Shown here: piece by piece, positions 49,648 through 58,310 of the stretch
How the letters are laid out: the number at the start of each line of letters is the position of its first letter
How positions within the stretch are numbered: the first letter of the stretch is position 1
Origin: Candidatus Peribacterales bacterium
GTDB taxonomy: Bacteria > Patescibacteriota > Gracilibacteria > Peribacterales > Peribacteraceae
Length of the DNA: 64,000 bases
Assembly (NCBI GenBank): GCA_020058765.1
Contig: JAGVDM010000006.1
Span: forward strand, 181,488-245,487
Reading direction: 5' to 3'
Notes under the pieces: generated by a model
What the model saw: only the letters and a program-made list of their open reading frames with translations
Told to the model about the DNA's origin: nothing
Database searches by the model: none
Position numbers and translations under genes: made by a program

Positions 49648-51389
49648 GAAAGGAACGGGGAGAGCAGGGAATCCAGTTCATCCACAAAGAAGGGACGACC
49701 GTCATATTTCAATACGCGATGTGCAAGAGGAATACACGCTTCTTGCTGGAGGAGTATGCCGAGCTGCCCAGTCTTGTTGCCCTCTACAAGCACCACGTTC
49801 TTTGCCTGTGCAGCGAGTGCGGTAAAGCGCTCCACCTGTAATGGCCACATATACGTGTAGTGCAAGTACCCCGCCTTCTTGTATGCAGGCTTGGAGAGCA
49901 AATCGAGCATGGGGCCTTTGGTACTCCCCCACCCAACAAAGAGCGTCTCGGGCTTCTGGGAACCAAACAATTCGGGCTCAGGAAGTTCCGTCTTCAATTT
50001 CTCCATTTTGCGCATGCGCTTGTCCATTTGTGCAATCGCATTCTCAGCAGATTCATCCACGCTTCCATCTGCATTGTGCTCATCGCCCTGCCCCGCATAC
50101 GTTGCGGCAGCAGTGCCGGGTAACCATCGTGCGGAGATGCCATCTTTTGCAGCGGGATCATAGCGATCCGTACCCTTGAGTGATGCAAGTGTTTTTGAGT
50201 CGACAATATGCCCACGTTCGATAGTGGCCTTTGTCTGATCGTACAAGGGCTGTGTGTAGAGCGCTTCCGCGATCTGCTTATCGTAGAGCACGATCACGGA
50301 AATCTGGTATTTCTCCGCGATGTTGAATGCAACGGGCATCAGATCGAATGCATCCTGGCTGTCGCTTGCAGAGAGCACGCACCGCGCGAACTCTCCATGG
50401 CCGCCGAACACAGCAAGAAGCAGATCACCTTGCGCAGTCCACGTAGGCAAACCTGTTGCAGGGCCGGGGCGCATTGCTAGGCCAAACACGCTGGGGTTCT
50501 CAATGATGCCATTGAGCGACAGTGTTTCTGTCATAAGGTCAAAGCCTCCACCAGATGTGGCGGTCATAGCGCGCGTGCCCATGAACATGGCACCGCTCAT
50601 CATTTGCGCCGCAGTGATTTCATCCTCCGCCTGCTTGATGACCATGCCCGTGCGGTTCTGTATTTCGGAAATGAATGTGAGCAATGGCGAAGAGGGCGTC
50701 ATGGGATAGCCCACGTACATACGGCACCCGGCATGCACGGCGCCAAGCCCCATTGCCTGGCTCCCCGTGAGGAGCATGCAGTTGTGCCAAGCAACATCGG
50801 CCTGCGGCAGTGTGACCGCAGCGGTATCCGCATGTGCGACGTGGAATGCCACTCCCGCATCTATGCATCGAAAGTTGAGGTCGAGCACCTTTTCTCCCTT
50901 GTGACCAAACTGCTCGCGAACCAGCTCCTTTAAGAGCGCAACATCCTGCTTGAGGATCGACCACACAACAGAAGTGATAAGTACATTACCTAATATAGGC
51001 GGCGCACCAATCTCTTTGAGGAGCTTCTCGTTTGGCAAATAGACCACTGTGATCTTCTGTTTTTCCAATCGTGCCTGTTCTTCTTTGGAGAACTTCCACT
51101 CCGGAGTTTGGTGCAATACCACGCCTCCGGGCTTCACTTCGTGCATGTTCTTCTCCAAGCCGTGGTGATTGAAGCAGACCAGAATATCCACACGCATTTC
51201 GCTACTGCCGATCGCCTCATGGCTCACATCCAGCTGAAAGCTGCTGTGCCCACCCTTGATGAGCGACATGTATTCACGGTAGCCAAACACGCAGTACCCA
51301 CTCCGCTTGAGACCTGTGGCACAGATCTCCCCCACGGAGTTCACTCCTTGGCCTTGGGCGCCGGTTACTTTGAGTGAAATACGAGACAT
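49644..51389 (-). CDS. korA: 2-oxoacid:ferredoxin oxidoreductase alpha subunit with fused gamma domain
   Basis: The N-terminal gamma-type domain reads ISLKVTGAQGQGVNSVGEI...GYREYMSLIKGGHSSFQL. The alpha domain follows (GSQAMGLGAVHAGCRMYVGYPMTPSS). The ATG at 51389 lies 2 nt after the flavodoxin stop. Confidence 0.85.
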   Translation of the reverse strand: MSRISLKVTGAQGQGVNSVGEICATGLKRSGYCVFGYREYMSLIKGGHSSFQLDVSHEAIGSSEMRVDILVCFNHHGLEKNMHEVKPGGVVLHQTPEWKFSKEEQARLEKQKITVVYLPNEKLLKEIGAPPILGNVLITSVVWSILKQDVALLKELVREQFGHKGEKVLDLNFRCIDAGVAFHVAHADTAAVTLPQADVAWHNCMLLTGSQAMGLGAVHAGCRMYVGYPMTPSSPLLTFISEIQNRTGMVIKQAEDEITAAQMMSGAMFMGTRAMTATSGGGFDLMTETLSLNGIIENPSVFGLAMRPGPATGLPTWTAQGDLLLAVFGGHGEFARCVLSASDSQDAFDLMPVAFNIAEKYQISVIVLYDKQIAEALYTQPLYDQTKATIERGHIVDSKTLASLKGTDRYDPAAKDGISARWLPGTAAATYAGQGDEHNADGSVDESAENAIAQMDKRMRKMEKLKTELPEPELFGSQKPETLFVGWGSTKGPMLDLLSKPAYKKAGYLHYTYMWPLQVERFTALAAQAKNVVLVEGNKTGQLGILLQQEACIPLAHRVLKYDGRPFFVDELDSLLSPFLS

Positions 51390-51391
51390 GC

Positions 51392-51859
51392 TTACCGAGT
51401 TGCGAAAGTATCGAGGAGCTTCTGACCCCACTTACACACTTTGTCTTCCTGACCATAGGGTTCGTTCACGATCATAAGAGACGGCAGTGCCTGTGCTCCG
51501 TTGTGCGTTTTGATGAATTGCTGCAGGTGCTCCACCGCACGACCAGTGTAATAGTATCGATCATCACCGAGGGAAATCGCTGCACATGCCTTCCCTGCAA
51601 GGTCGACATCTTTGGCACGCTTTTTCAGAAGCACATCCATATGCGGATTGAGCTGCCCTTCAATACCACCCGTGTTCCACGTGCCGCTCGCGAGGAGCAG
51701 CACGTCTGCTTTTGTGAAGTCATCGGGCTGTGCCACCTCCGCAACCGCTCGCGTCACCACTAGCTCCGGCGCATGCTTCGCAAGAAAGTCTGCGAGTACG
51801 CCGACCACATACTCCGTGTGGCCGCTCGTGGAGGCATAAAGAATGTGTAGCGACGTCAC
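51392..51859 (-). CDS. flavodoxin
   Basis: HILYASTSGHTEYV is the FMN phosphate-binding loop. LLLASGTWNTGG follows. GTG start. Confidence 0.8.
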   Translation of the reverse strand: MTSLHILYASTSGHTEYVVGVLADFLAKHAPELVVTRAVAEVAQPDDFTKADVLLLASGTWNTGGIEGQLNPHMDVLLKKRAKDVDLAGKACAAISLGDDRYYYTGRAVEHLQQFIKTHNGAQALPSLMIVNEPYGQEDKVCKWGQKLLDTFATR

Positions 51860-51952
51860 GGATGAATTCTACGCGAGAGCGTCGATGGAAAACAGACAGA
51901 TTCCTCACTGGATCCAAAGTGAGAATCTCCGCTGGCCGATCGGAAAATTCTC

Positions 51953-51981
51953 TTGCATACCAAGATAGTTTTCTCTATCAT
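51953..51981 (+). promoter_or_regulatory. sigma70-like promoter candidate (TTGCAT-N17-TATCAT)
   Basis: It lies in the A/T-rich divergent region between the flavodoxin operon and the ORF at 52010. The TTG of the -35 box is the nominal start of the 51953 ORF in the track. Confidence 0.4.
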
Positions 51982-52009
51982 TCATAAATTTTATAAAAAT
52001 AAGAAGTGT

Positions 52010-52390
52010 ATGTTCTCTCTCACCGAAAAAATCGACCCCGGACGCGAGTCCGAGAAATTGGACCCCGGAAGGGCGCCCCCTGATCGTGAAGATCCTGGAC
52101 CTGCTTCGGAGGAAACTCTGGCACTAGAAAAGTCCAACACCACACAGCAATATCGAACATCGTACGAGATCGTATTAAGCGGCGGAGGTGTGAATCACCA
52201 GGGCAGTTTGAGTACAGTGACGGTTGGGGAACCGCTGCGCATGAAGTATGAGAAGTCGGATGACGGCTACGGCCTGTTTGTTGGCGATCGTGTGAAATCG
52301 GTGCTCGACCGCGGGAGTGGTCGGGCGCAGATTCAAACGAATACGCACGCATACGAAGTGCGAAAGGCAACGCATGTAGTCGCCGCGTAG
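52010..52390 (+). CDS. hypothetical protein
   Basis: The ATG at 52010 lies 29 nt after the -10 candidate. A short repeated DPGR motif is present. No domain recognised. Confidence 0.4.
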   Translation: MFSLTEKIDPGRESEKLDPGRAPPDREDPGPASEETLALEKSNTTQQYRTSYEIVLSGGGVNHQGSLSTVTVGEPLRMKYEKSDDGYGLFVGDRVKSVLDRGSGRAQIQTNTHAYEVRKATHVVAA

Positions 52391-52423
52391 CGGGAACACC
52401 ATCGGTTCAGGTATAAAGAGCAT

Positions 52424-54502
52424 ATGTCGTTTCCGCTCGACCCACGATCGATTGCTGTGATTGGCGCAAGTGCCGACGAGGGATCAGTGGGGTACGACAT
52501 CCTGCACAATCTGCTATCGCAGGGGTACGCGGGCGAAGTGTATCCCGTAAACCCCAAGCACGATGTGTTACAAGGCAAACCTGCATTCCGCTCGGTGAAG
52601 GATATTCCGAATGCAGTAGAGCTCGCAGTTATCATTGTGCCGGCCAAGATCGTGCCGACTGTTTTGCGTGAATGCGGAGAGAAGGGTGTGCATGCAGTAG
52701 TCGTCATTAGCGCGGGCTTCGGTGAAACACACACGGAACAAGGGAAGTTGCTTGAAGAGCAACTCGTACAGATCGCGCACGAGTATGACATTGCGCTGAT
52801 CGGCCCCAACTGCCTCGGCATCATCCGGCCCAGCGCCGGAATGAATGCCTCCTTTGCAAAGGAGGCACCACCCAATGGCGGCATTGCACTCGTGAGCCAA
52901 TCGGGTGCAACCGCGGTGGGCATTATGGATGCCGCACAGGAACGCGGTCTTGGTTTTAGCACCGTACTGAGCATTGGCAATAAGGCAGTCATGACAGAAA
53001 CCGACTTCCTCTCTCTTTGTGAACAAGACGAGCACACAACGGTGATCGGCCTGTACTTGGAAGATATCCGTTCGGGGCAGGAATTCCTGCGCGCTGCAGC
53101 GGCAGTCACTGCTAAAAAACCAATTGTACTGCTCAAGAGCGGTGTATCCGAACAAGGCCGCCGTGCTGCATCGTCTCACACGGGCGCACTTGCCGGCGAT
53201 GACGCGGCGATAGACGCCGCATGCAAACAGGCAGGCATACGGCGTGCGCACAACTTCGATGAATTCTTGGATCTTCTGCTGACGTTGAGTACGCAACCAC
53301 CGCTGCTCTCACGCAGAATTGCCGTGATCACGAATGCAGGCGGCCCCGGCATTCTGGCCACCGATGCTGCATCAGCAAAAAAACTTGAACTCGCATCGCT
53401 CGATGCGAAGAACGCCAAAGCATTGGCAGCACTACTGCCACCTGCAGCAAGCGTTGGAAACCCGATCGATGTACTCGGTGACGCAGCTGCCGATCGATTT
53501 CAGGCCGCACTGGATGCCTGCACGAAAGACAAACATATCGATGGCATCGTCGTGCTGGTAACCCCACAGGTCATGACGCCATGTGAGGACATTGCTCAAG
53601 CCATTCTTCGCACGCAGAAACGCGCCTCAATGATGCCAATTGTTGCGAGCTTCATTGGTGGTGCATCGGTGCGAAGTGCCACGGTGATACTCGCGGCAGC
53701 GGGAATTCCCGCATTACCGTCGCCAGAGCGCGCCGTGCATGCGTTGGCAGCACTGCTCCCTACAGACGAACAGCCTCGAGTGTGGCAACAGGCCACTCGC
53801 AATACACAACGACCTGCAGCAGCAACTGCTTTGCTTAAGAAAAGCGACGGTCTCCTGCCGCCAGACGTGACGCGAGAACTCTTCGCGCTCTACGATCTCG
53901 CACTCCCGCAGCAGGCAGTGGCGCATTCCTCGGCTGAGGCGGCCGCCATCGCAAAGAAGATTGGGAGAACAGTGGTTGCGAAAGTGAATTCGCCAGACAT
54001 TTTGCACAAGACGGATGTTGGCGGCATTCAGACGAATCTTCGCACGCCAGAAGATGCATCTGCTGCGTACAATGATATTGAGAAGAACATTCGGCAAAAT
54101 GCGCCCAGCGCACAGTGGGACGGCGTGCTGATTCAGGAGTTTTTGCCACTGGGACGAGAGTTCATTGTCGGCGGCCTGCGCGATCCGTCATTTGGCCCAC
54201 TCGTCATGGTGGGGCTGGGGGGTATTTATACGGAGCTCTTCCGCGACACGGCATTCCGCATTGCGCCAGTTACAGAGGAAGAGAGTTTTGAGGCATTGCA
54301 ACAACTGACCAGCTGGAAACTTTTATTGGGTATGCGCGGACAATCGCAAGCAAACATTGCAGAGCTTGCGAGGGTGGTGCAGCGCGTGTCGGAGATGCTT
54401 GCGGAGTTGGAACAGATTCGCGAACTCGATATCAACCCGGTTCTTGTAGGGGAAGAAGCCGTGGCAATCGCAGATGCGAAGGTAATAGTGAGCCACCTGT
54501 AA
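52424..54502 (+). CDS. acetate--CoA ligase (ADP-forming), fused alpha/beta
   Basis: CoA-binding SIAVIGASADEGSVGYDI...VYPVNPK; succinyl-CoA-synthetase-like NCLGII and SQSGA; C-terminal ATP-grasp region (VVAKVNSPDILHKTDVGGI). Confidence 0.85.
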   Translation: MSFPLDPRSIAVIGASADEGSVGYDILHNLLSQGYAGEVYPVNPKHDVLQGKPAFRSVKDIPNAVELAVIIVPAKIVPTVLRECGEKGVHAVVVISAGFGETHTEQGKLLEEQLVQIAHEYDIALIGPNCLGIIRPSAGMNASFAKEAPPNGGIALVSQSGATAVGIMDAAQERGLGFSTVLSIGNKAVMTETDFLSLCEQDEHTTVIGLYLEDIRSGQEFLRAAAAVTAKKPIVLLKSGVSEQGRRAASSHTGALAGDDAAIDAACKQAGIRRAHNFDEFLDLLLTLSTQPPLLSRRIAVITNAGGPGILATDAASAKKLELASLDAKNAKALAALLPPAASVGNPIDVLGDAAADRFQAALDACTKDKHIDGIVVLVTPQVMTPCEDIAQAILRTQKRASMMPIVASFIGGASVRSATVILAAAGIPALPSPERAVHALAALLPTDEQPRVWQQATRNTQRPAAATALLKKSDGLLPPDVTRELFALYDLALPQQAVAHSSAEAAAIAKKIGRTVVAKVNSPDILHKTDVGGIQTNLRTPEDASAAYNDIEKNIRQNAPSAQWDGVLIQEFLPLGREFIVGGLRDPSFGPLVMVGLGGIYTELFRDTAFRIAPVTEEESFEALQQLTSWKLLLGMRGQSQANIAELARVVQRVSEMLAELEQIRELDINPVLVGEEAVAIADAKVIVSHL

Positions 54503-54551
54503 AGCCGCGAACCTTGCGACCGTGAAATGCTGCCTGTAGGCTTCCGCGCAT

Positions 54552-55511
54552 ATGAAGCTCAAAGACCTCTTTCGCCATGCAGTAGAAGCCGGAATCGACG
54601 CCGATCCTCGGGGTCGAGCGTTTATTGAGAAAAGGCTAAAGAAAGAGAAGGAACGCGCAAAAGACCTCAAAGGTGACGAGAAGAAGTTCTACGACGAAGA
54701 TCGTACGTGGAACCCATACCTCGATTCACGCATCATCGCCGGTACAGGTGAAGAAGACGTGAAGTGCGTCATGGTGGGTATCGACATCGAGTCAGCAGAA
54801 ATGATTCTTGCCGATCGCCTGCGTGAAAAGGGTCACAAGATCGATGCGGTCATGATCCACCACCCAGAGGGTCGTGCACTCGCAGATCTAGATAAGGTAA
54901 TGCCGCTCATGGTGGATCTTCATGCTCAGTGGGGTGTGCCGGTGAACCAGACAGAAGGCAACCTGCGCCCACGTATGGATCGCATCTGGCGTGCTATTCA
55001 CGCAGACAACCTCTTTCGCACAGAGCGCACGGCAGAAATTCTCGGCCTGCCTGCATTCAACACGCACACCATCACGGACAATATGGTGTTCCAGCTTATG
55101 GAAAAGGAGATCTGCAAAAAGTCGTTTGATTCCCTCGGCGACATTATCAATGCGATCCACAAGATCCCCGAGTACGAGTACTACGCCAAGAAGGGCAATC
55201 CGTGCATTCTCGCGCACGGCAGCAAGAACAGCCGCCCTGGCAAAGTTGCTGCAGCCGGCTTTACCGGAGGTACCAATGGCCCCGAGGAGATGCTCGCCGC
55301 ACTGGCACGCGCTGGAGTGGGCACAGTGATCTCCATGCACGCCACAGAGAAGGAGGTAGAAGTAGCGCAGAAAGAGCACATTAATATTGTGCAATGCAGC
55401 CACATGGCATCCGACGTCATCGGCATGAACATCCTGCTGGATACCTTGAGCAAGAAGGAGAAGAAGCTCACGACCGTCGATGTATCAGGCTTCATCCGCG
55501 TGAAGCGGTAG
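54552..55511 (+). CDS. NIF3-like (dinuclear metal centre) family protein
   Basis: IDAVMIHHPEG, and C-terminally FTGGTNGPEE...GTVISMHATEKE...VQCSHMASD, which parallels the NIF3 pattern. This is a by-eye match only. Confidence 0.45.
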   Translation: MKLKDLFRHAVEAGIDADPRGRAFIEKRLKKEKERAKDLKGDEKKFYDEDRTWNPYLDSRIIAGTGEEDVKCVMVGIDIESAEMILADRLREKGHKIDAVMIHHPEGRALADLDKVMPLMVDLHAQWGVPVNQTEGNLRPRMDRIWRAIHADNLFRTERTAEILGLPAFNTHTITDNMVFQLMEKEICKKSFDSLGDIINAIHKIPEYEYYAKKGNPCILAHGSKNSRPGKVAAAGFTGGTNGPEEMLAALARAGVGTVISMHATEKEVEVAQKEHINIVQCSHMASDVIGMNILLDTLSKKEKKLTTVDVSGFIRVKR

Positions 55512-55512
55512 A

Positions 55513-55541
55513 TTGCAGCAAATAGGCTATTATTGTATAAT
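55513..55541 (+). promoter_or_regulatory. sigma70-like promoter candidate (TTGCAG-N17-TATAAT)
   Basis: A perfect -10 hexamer at 55536-55541, embedded in an A/T-rich imperfect dyad (GGCTATTATTGTATAATAATAGTAGCC). Confidence 0.45.
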
Positions 55542-55629
55542 AATAGTAGCCCGCATGATCATTCCGGTTGCAGTGCTCGGGCTAATGCTCTGCAACCATC
55601 AGGCTCTCACTAGTTGGGATTGGTGAACT

Positions 55630-55773
55630 GTGAGTCGCGGTCTTGAAAAGCTGTGTGTCACGGTGGTGGTGTTGGCAATTGGCGCTCTTGTAGCGTATTG
55701 GGTCATTCCGGAGATCTTCTCCTTTTGGAAAGAGATTCGGGAATCCCTCTCACACGTCGTGAATGCCGACTAA
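55630..55773 (+). CDS. possible small membrane protein (47 aa)
   Basis: A GTG-initiated ORF that is too short to appear in the six-frame ORF track. It encodes VSRGLEKLCVTVVVLAIGALVAYWVIPEIFSFWKEIRESLSHVVNAD, one TM helix plus an amphipathic tail. A 23-aa ORF (55555-55626) precedes it. Confidence 0.3.
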   Translation: MSRGLEKLCVTVVVLAIGALVAYWVIPEIFSFWKEIRESLSHVVNAD

Positions 55774-55899
55774 CCCCATGACCCCTGAGTCCTGCGGGTA
55801 TCGCCCAGCCCCGGAACGACTATTGTCGTTCTGGGGCCTCCTTCTATATAGAGGACACACTCTCCTCATCTGTCACACCTGCAGAATCATTCGATTCTC

Positions 55900-55923
55900 G
55901 GCTCTTAGAGCCTTGATTTTTTT
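55900..55923 (+). terminator. terminator-like hairpin with a T-tract
   Basis: GGCTC-tta-GAGCC followed by TTGATTTTTTT. The stem is short, so the call is weak. Confidence 0.35.
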
Positions 55924-55941
55924 GGAACGGATCTGTAGAGT
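55913..55941 (+). promoter_or_regulatory. promoter candidate for the V/A-ATPase operon (TTGATT-N17-TAGAGT)
   Basis: The hexamers have a 17-nt spacer. The -10 ends 24 nt before the ATG at 55966. Confidence 0.3.
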
Positions 55942-55965
55942 CCGCGCGTTTTTACGTCAAACATT

Positions 55966-56346
55966 ATGGACACCACTTTTTCGGCTTCTCATAAAGCAAA
56001 ATCGGCATCTGGAACCACTCCATTCGAGCAAATTCGTGCAGCGGAAGCCGCCGAAAGCGCTCGTGTGCAGAAGGAACTGGATTTCTTTGCCCGCAAGCAG
56101 CAGGAAACCGTGAAGCAGATGCGGGAAACCGAGGAAAAGGAAGAGCACGAAATTCGTGAAACAGCGACGACGGCGCTCAAAGAATTCCGCGAAAAAGAGA
56201 TGCCAAAACTCCTTGGTGGATCAGACCAGAAAGCCAAGAAGGCCTGCGCCGATCTGGAAGCAGCTTGTGCTTCTAAGGAGGCTGGTGCGGTGTCTGCACT
56301 TGTACAGAAAGTGACCAGCTCCAATTTCCTCGCAACTGCCGCGTAA
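55966..56346 (+). CDS. V/A-type ATPase peripheral-stalk subunit G/H-like coiled-coil protein
   Basis: A small charged helical protein (EQIRAAEAAESARVQKELDFFARKQQETVKQMRETEEKEEHEIRE). Its position immediately before subunit I matches the Thermus-type G-I-L-E-C-F-A-B-D order. Confidence 0.5.
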   Translation: MDTTFSASHKAKSASGTTPFEQIRAAEAAESARVQKELDFFARKQQETVKQMRETEEKEEHEIRETATTALKEFREKEMPKLLGGSDQKAKKACADLEAACASKEAGAVSALVQKVTSSNFLATAA

Positions 56347-56348
56347 AT

Positions 56349-58280
56349 ATGGCTATTGTCCACATGCAAAAAGTGGCAGTCCTCGCACACCGCTCCCATA
56401 AGGAGGAGGTGCTCGATGCGTTGCAGGAAATGGGCGTGCTGGAAATCAGCGAAGCAAAGGCTCCGGCCAATCTGGATCACACAGAAGTAAACTTCCGAGT
56501 GGCGGAATTGCAGTTCGCGATTGATGTATTAAAGGAGAATGCCGCGAAAGAAACTCTCGCAGTAGCAGACAAACCAGGAACAACCGATGAGGTAATCCAT
56601 GCCGCAACGCACACCGACGTGCGCGGCATTGTCGATCGTCTGCATGAGTTGGAAGCATTGGATACAGAAGCACAACGCAGAATTGCAGAATTGACCCAGA
56701 CACAGGAGACACTGAGGCCATGGGCCAGCCTGCTGGATCGGTTGGATGCTCCAACAGAGAGTGCAAAAGCAGTGCGTCTGCTCGGCTCCCTGTCCGAATC
56801 CAAGATGGAAGAGTTCCGAGATGCGCTTACAGGCTCTTTGCCTCGTGCAGATGTGCAGCTGCTCGACGCGCAAAATAGCAATGCATACGTGAGCGCAATG
56901 GTGTGGAAGTCGGATCGTGCCGCCTTTGAGGAAATTGCAACACGCATGGGTTGGACAACCGTTGTGCTGCCAGTATTACCCGGCACGGCAGCCGTTCTAT
57001 TTGAGGAGGCATCAGTAGAACACAAGCAACTGGAGCAACGCCTCATGACGAATAAAAAGGAGCGTGTACAGCTCTCGATTGAGCTCCCAAAACTCATGAA
57101 GGTGCGCACATTTATGCACTGGTTGAGTGACAAGCAATCCGCCCGCGAAGCTGCATTGGAAACATTTGCAACAGTGACGCTTCTTGGTTGGATACCGCGT
57201 GCAAGCGTGGACATTTTGGAAACACGATTGCAGAAGATTTCCAAGGCTGTTGCCGTACTCAAGGTGAAGGCAGATGAAGGGGAGGAGGCACCGATTCTCC
57301 TGAAGAACGCAAAATTCATCACACCGTTTGAAAGCGTGACAACGCTTTATGGCTTCCCGCTCCCAAGCGAGATGGATCCGACAGCGCCGCTCTCTCCATT
57401 CTTTGCACTCTACTTTGCCCTTTGTCTTACAGATGGAGGCTACGGCTTTGCGCTCACGATGATCTTTGGATTGTTCCTCCTGAAAACGAGGAAGTCGGTA
57501 CAGGAGGCACAACTCCCGTGGTTGCTCTTCATTAGCGGTATCGCTTCCATCCTCGTAGGCATTCCCTTCGGCGGTTGGTTCGGCCTTACACCCGACCAGG
57601 TGCCAAGCTTCCTCACAGTAACGCACGACGATGGCAGCAGATGGTTCCTCGGCCAAATCTGGAACCTCTCTACACAGACAGGCATCGACTTCCTGCGCAA
57701 CTTGGCGCTCTTCCTTGGTCTTACACATATCTTCTTTGGTGTCTTCCTAGCGGGCTACCATAAGTGGCTACACGGTGGAAAAGCTGAAGCATTCTGGCAG
57801 CACTTCACGCTACACATTGTGCTGGGTGCAGTGATCTTCCGTGTGCTCGCACCGGAAAGCTTGGTGCAGGTCGCCACCTACCTGATGTACGCCGCAATCG
57901 CCCTGGTGATCTGGGGAAAGGGCTACGGTACGGTGTGGTTCCTGCGGCCGATTATGGGTGTGCTGGGATTGGTGAACTTCCTCATTGGGCTCCTGAGCAA
58001 CACCTTAAGTTACCTGCGCATTCTCGCGTTGGGTCTGGTGACGGGCGCGATTGCGCTGGCGGTGAACCAAGTTGCTATCGAAATGAGTAAACTGTTCCCA
58101 ATTTGGCTGGGCATCCCAGTGATGATTCTCATCGCCGTGGGTGGCCACCTTGTTTCCATCGCCCTCAATACGCTCGGCAGCTTCATCCACTCCGGAAGGC
58201 TGCAATTCATTGAATTCTTCGGGCAATTCTTTGAGGGCGGCGGGCGCCCGTACACGCCATTCAAGCGTTCTATTTCGTAA
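56349..58280 (+). CDS. atpI: V/A-type ATPase subunit I (a)
   Basis: MAIVHMQKVAVLAHRSHKEEVLDALQEMGVLEI is followed by a hydrophilic N-terminal half. The C-terminal multi-TM half carries LSYLRILALGL, which contains the essential Arg. Confidence 0.85.
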   Translation: MAIVHMQKVAVLAHRSHKEEVLDALQEMGVLEISEAKAPANLDHTEVNFRVAELQFAIDVLKENAAKETLAVADKPGTTDEVIHAATHTDVRGIVDRLHELEALDTEAQRRIAELTQTQETLRPWASLLDRLDAPTESAKAVRLLGSLSESKMEEFRDALTGSLPRADVQLLDAQNSNAYVSAMVWKSDRAAFEEIATRMGWTTVVLPVLPGTAAVLFEEASVEHKQLEQRLMTNKKERVQLSIELPKLMKVRTFMHWLSDKQSAREAALETFATVTLLGWIPRASVDILETRLQKISKAVAVLKVKADEGEEAPILLKNAKFITPFESVTTLYGFPLPSEMDPTAPLSPFFALYFALCLTDGGYGFALTMIFGLFLLKTRKSVQEAQLPWLLFISGIASILVGIPFGGWFGLTPDQVPSFLTVTHDDGSRWFLGQIWNLSTQTGIDFLRNLALFLGLTHIFFGVFLAGYHKWLHGGKAEAFWQHFTLHIVLGAVIFRVLAPESLVQVATYLMYAAIALVIWGKGYGTVWFLRPIMGVLGLVNFLIGLLSNTLSYLRILALGLVTGAIALAVNQVAIEMSKLFPIWLGIPVMILIAVGGHLVSIALNTLGSFIHSGRLQFIEFFGQFFEGGGRPYTPFKRSIS

Positions 58281-58310
58281 CTATTTCTTCCCCACTTTCC
58301 CCTCTTCTGT

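Noticed and set aside
51953-52009. A TTG start at 51953 for the hypothetical protein.
   Set aside because: That TTG is the first triplet of the -35 box of a TTGCAT-N17-TATCAT promoter candidate. The ATG at 52010 lies downstream of it.
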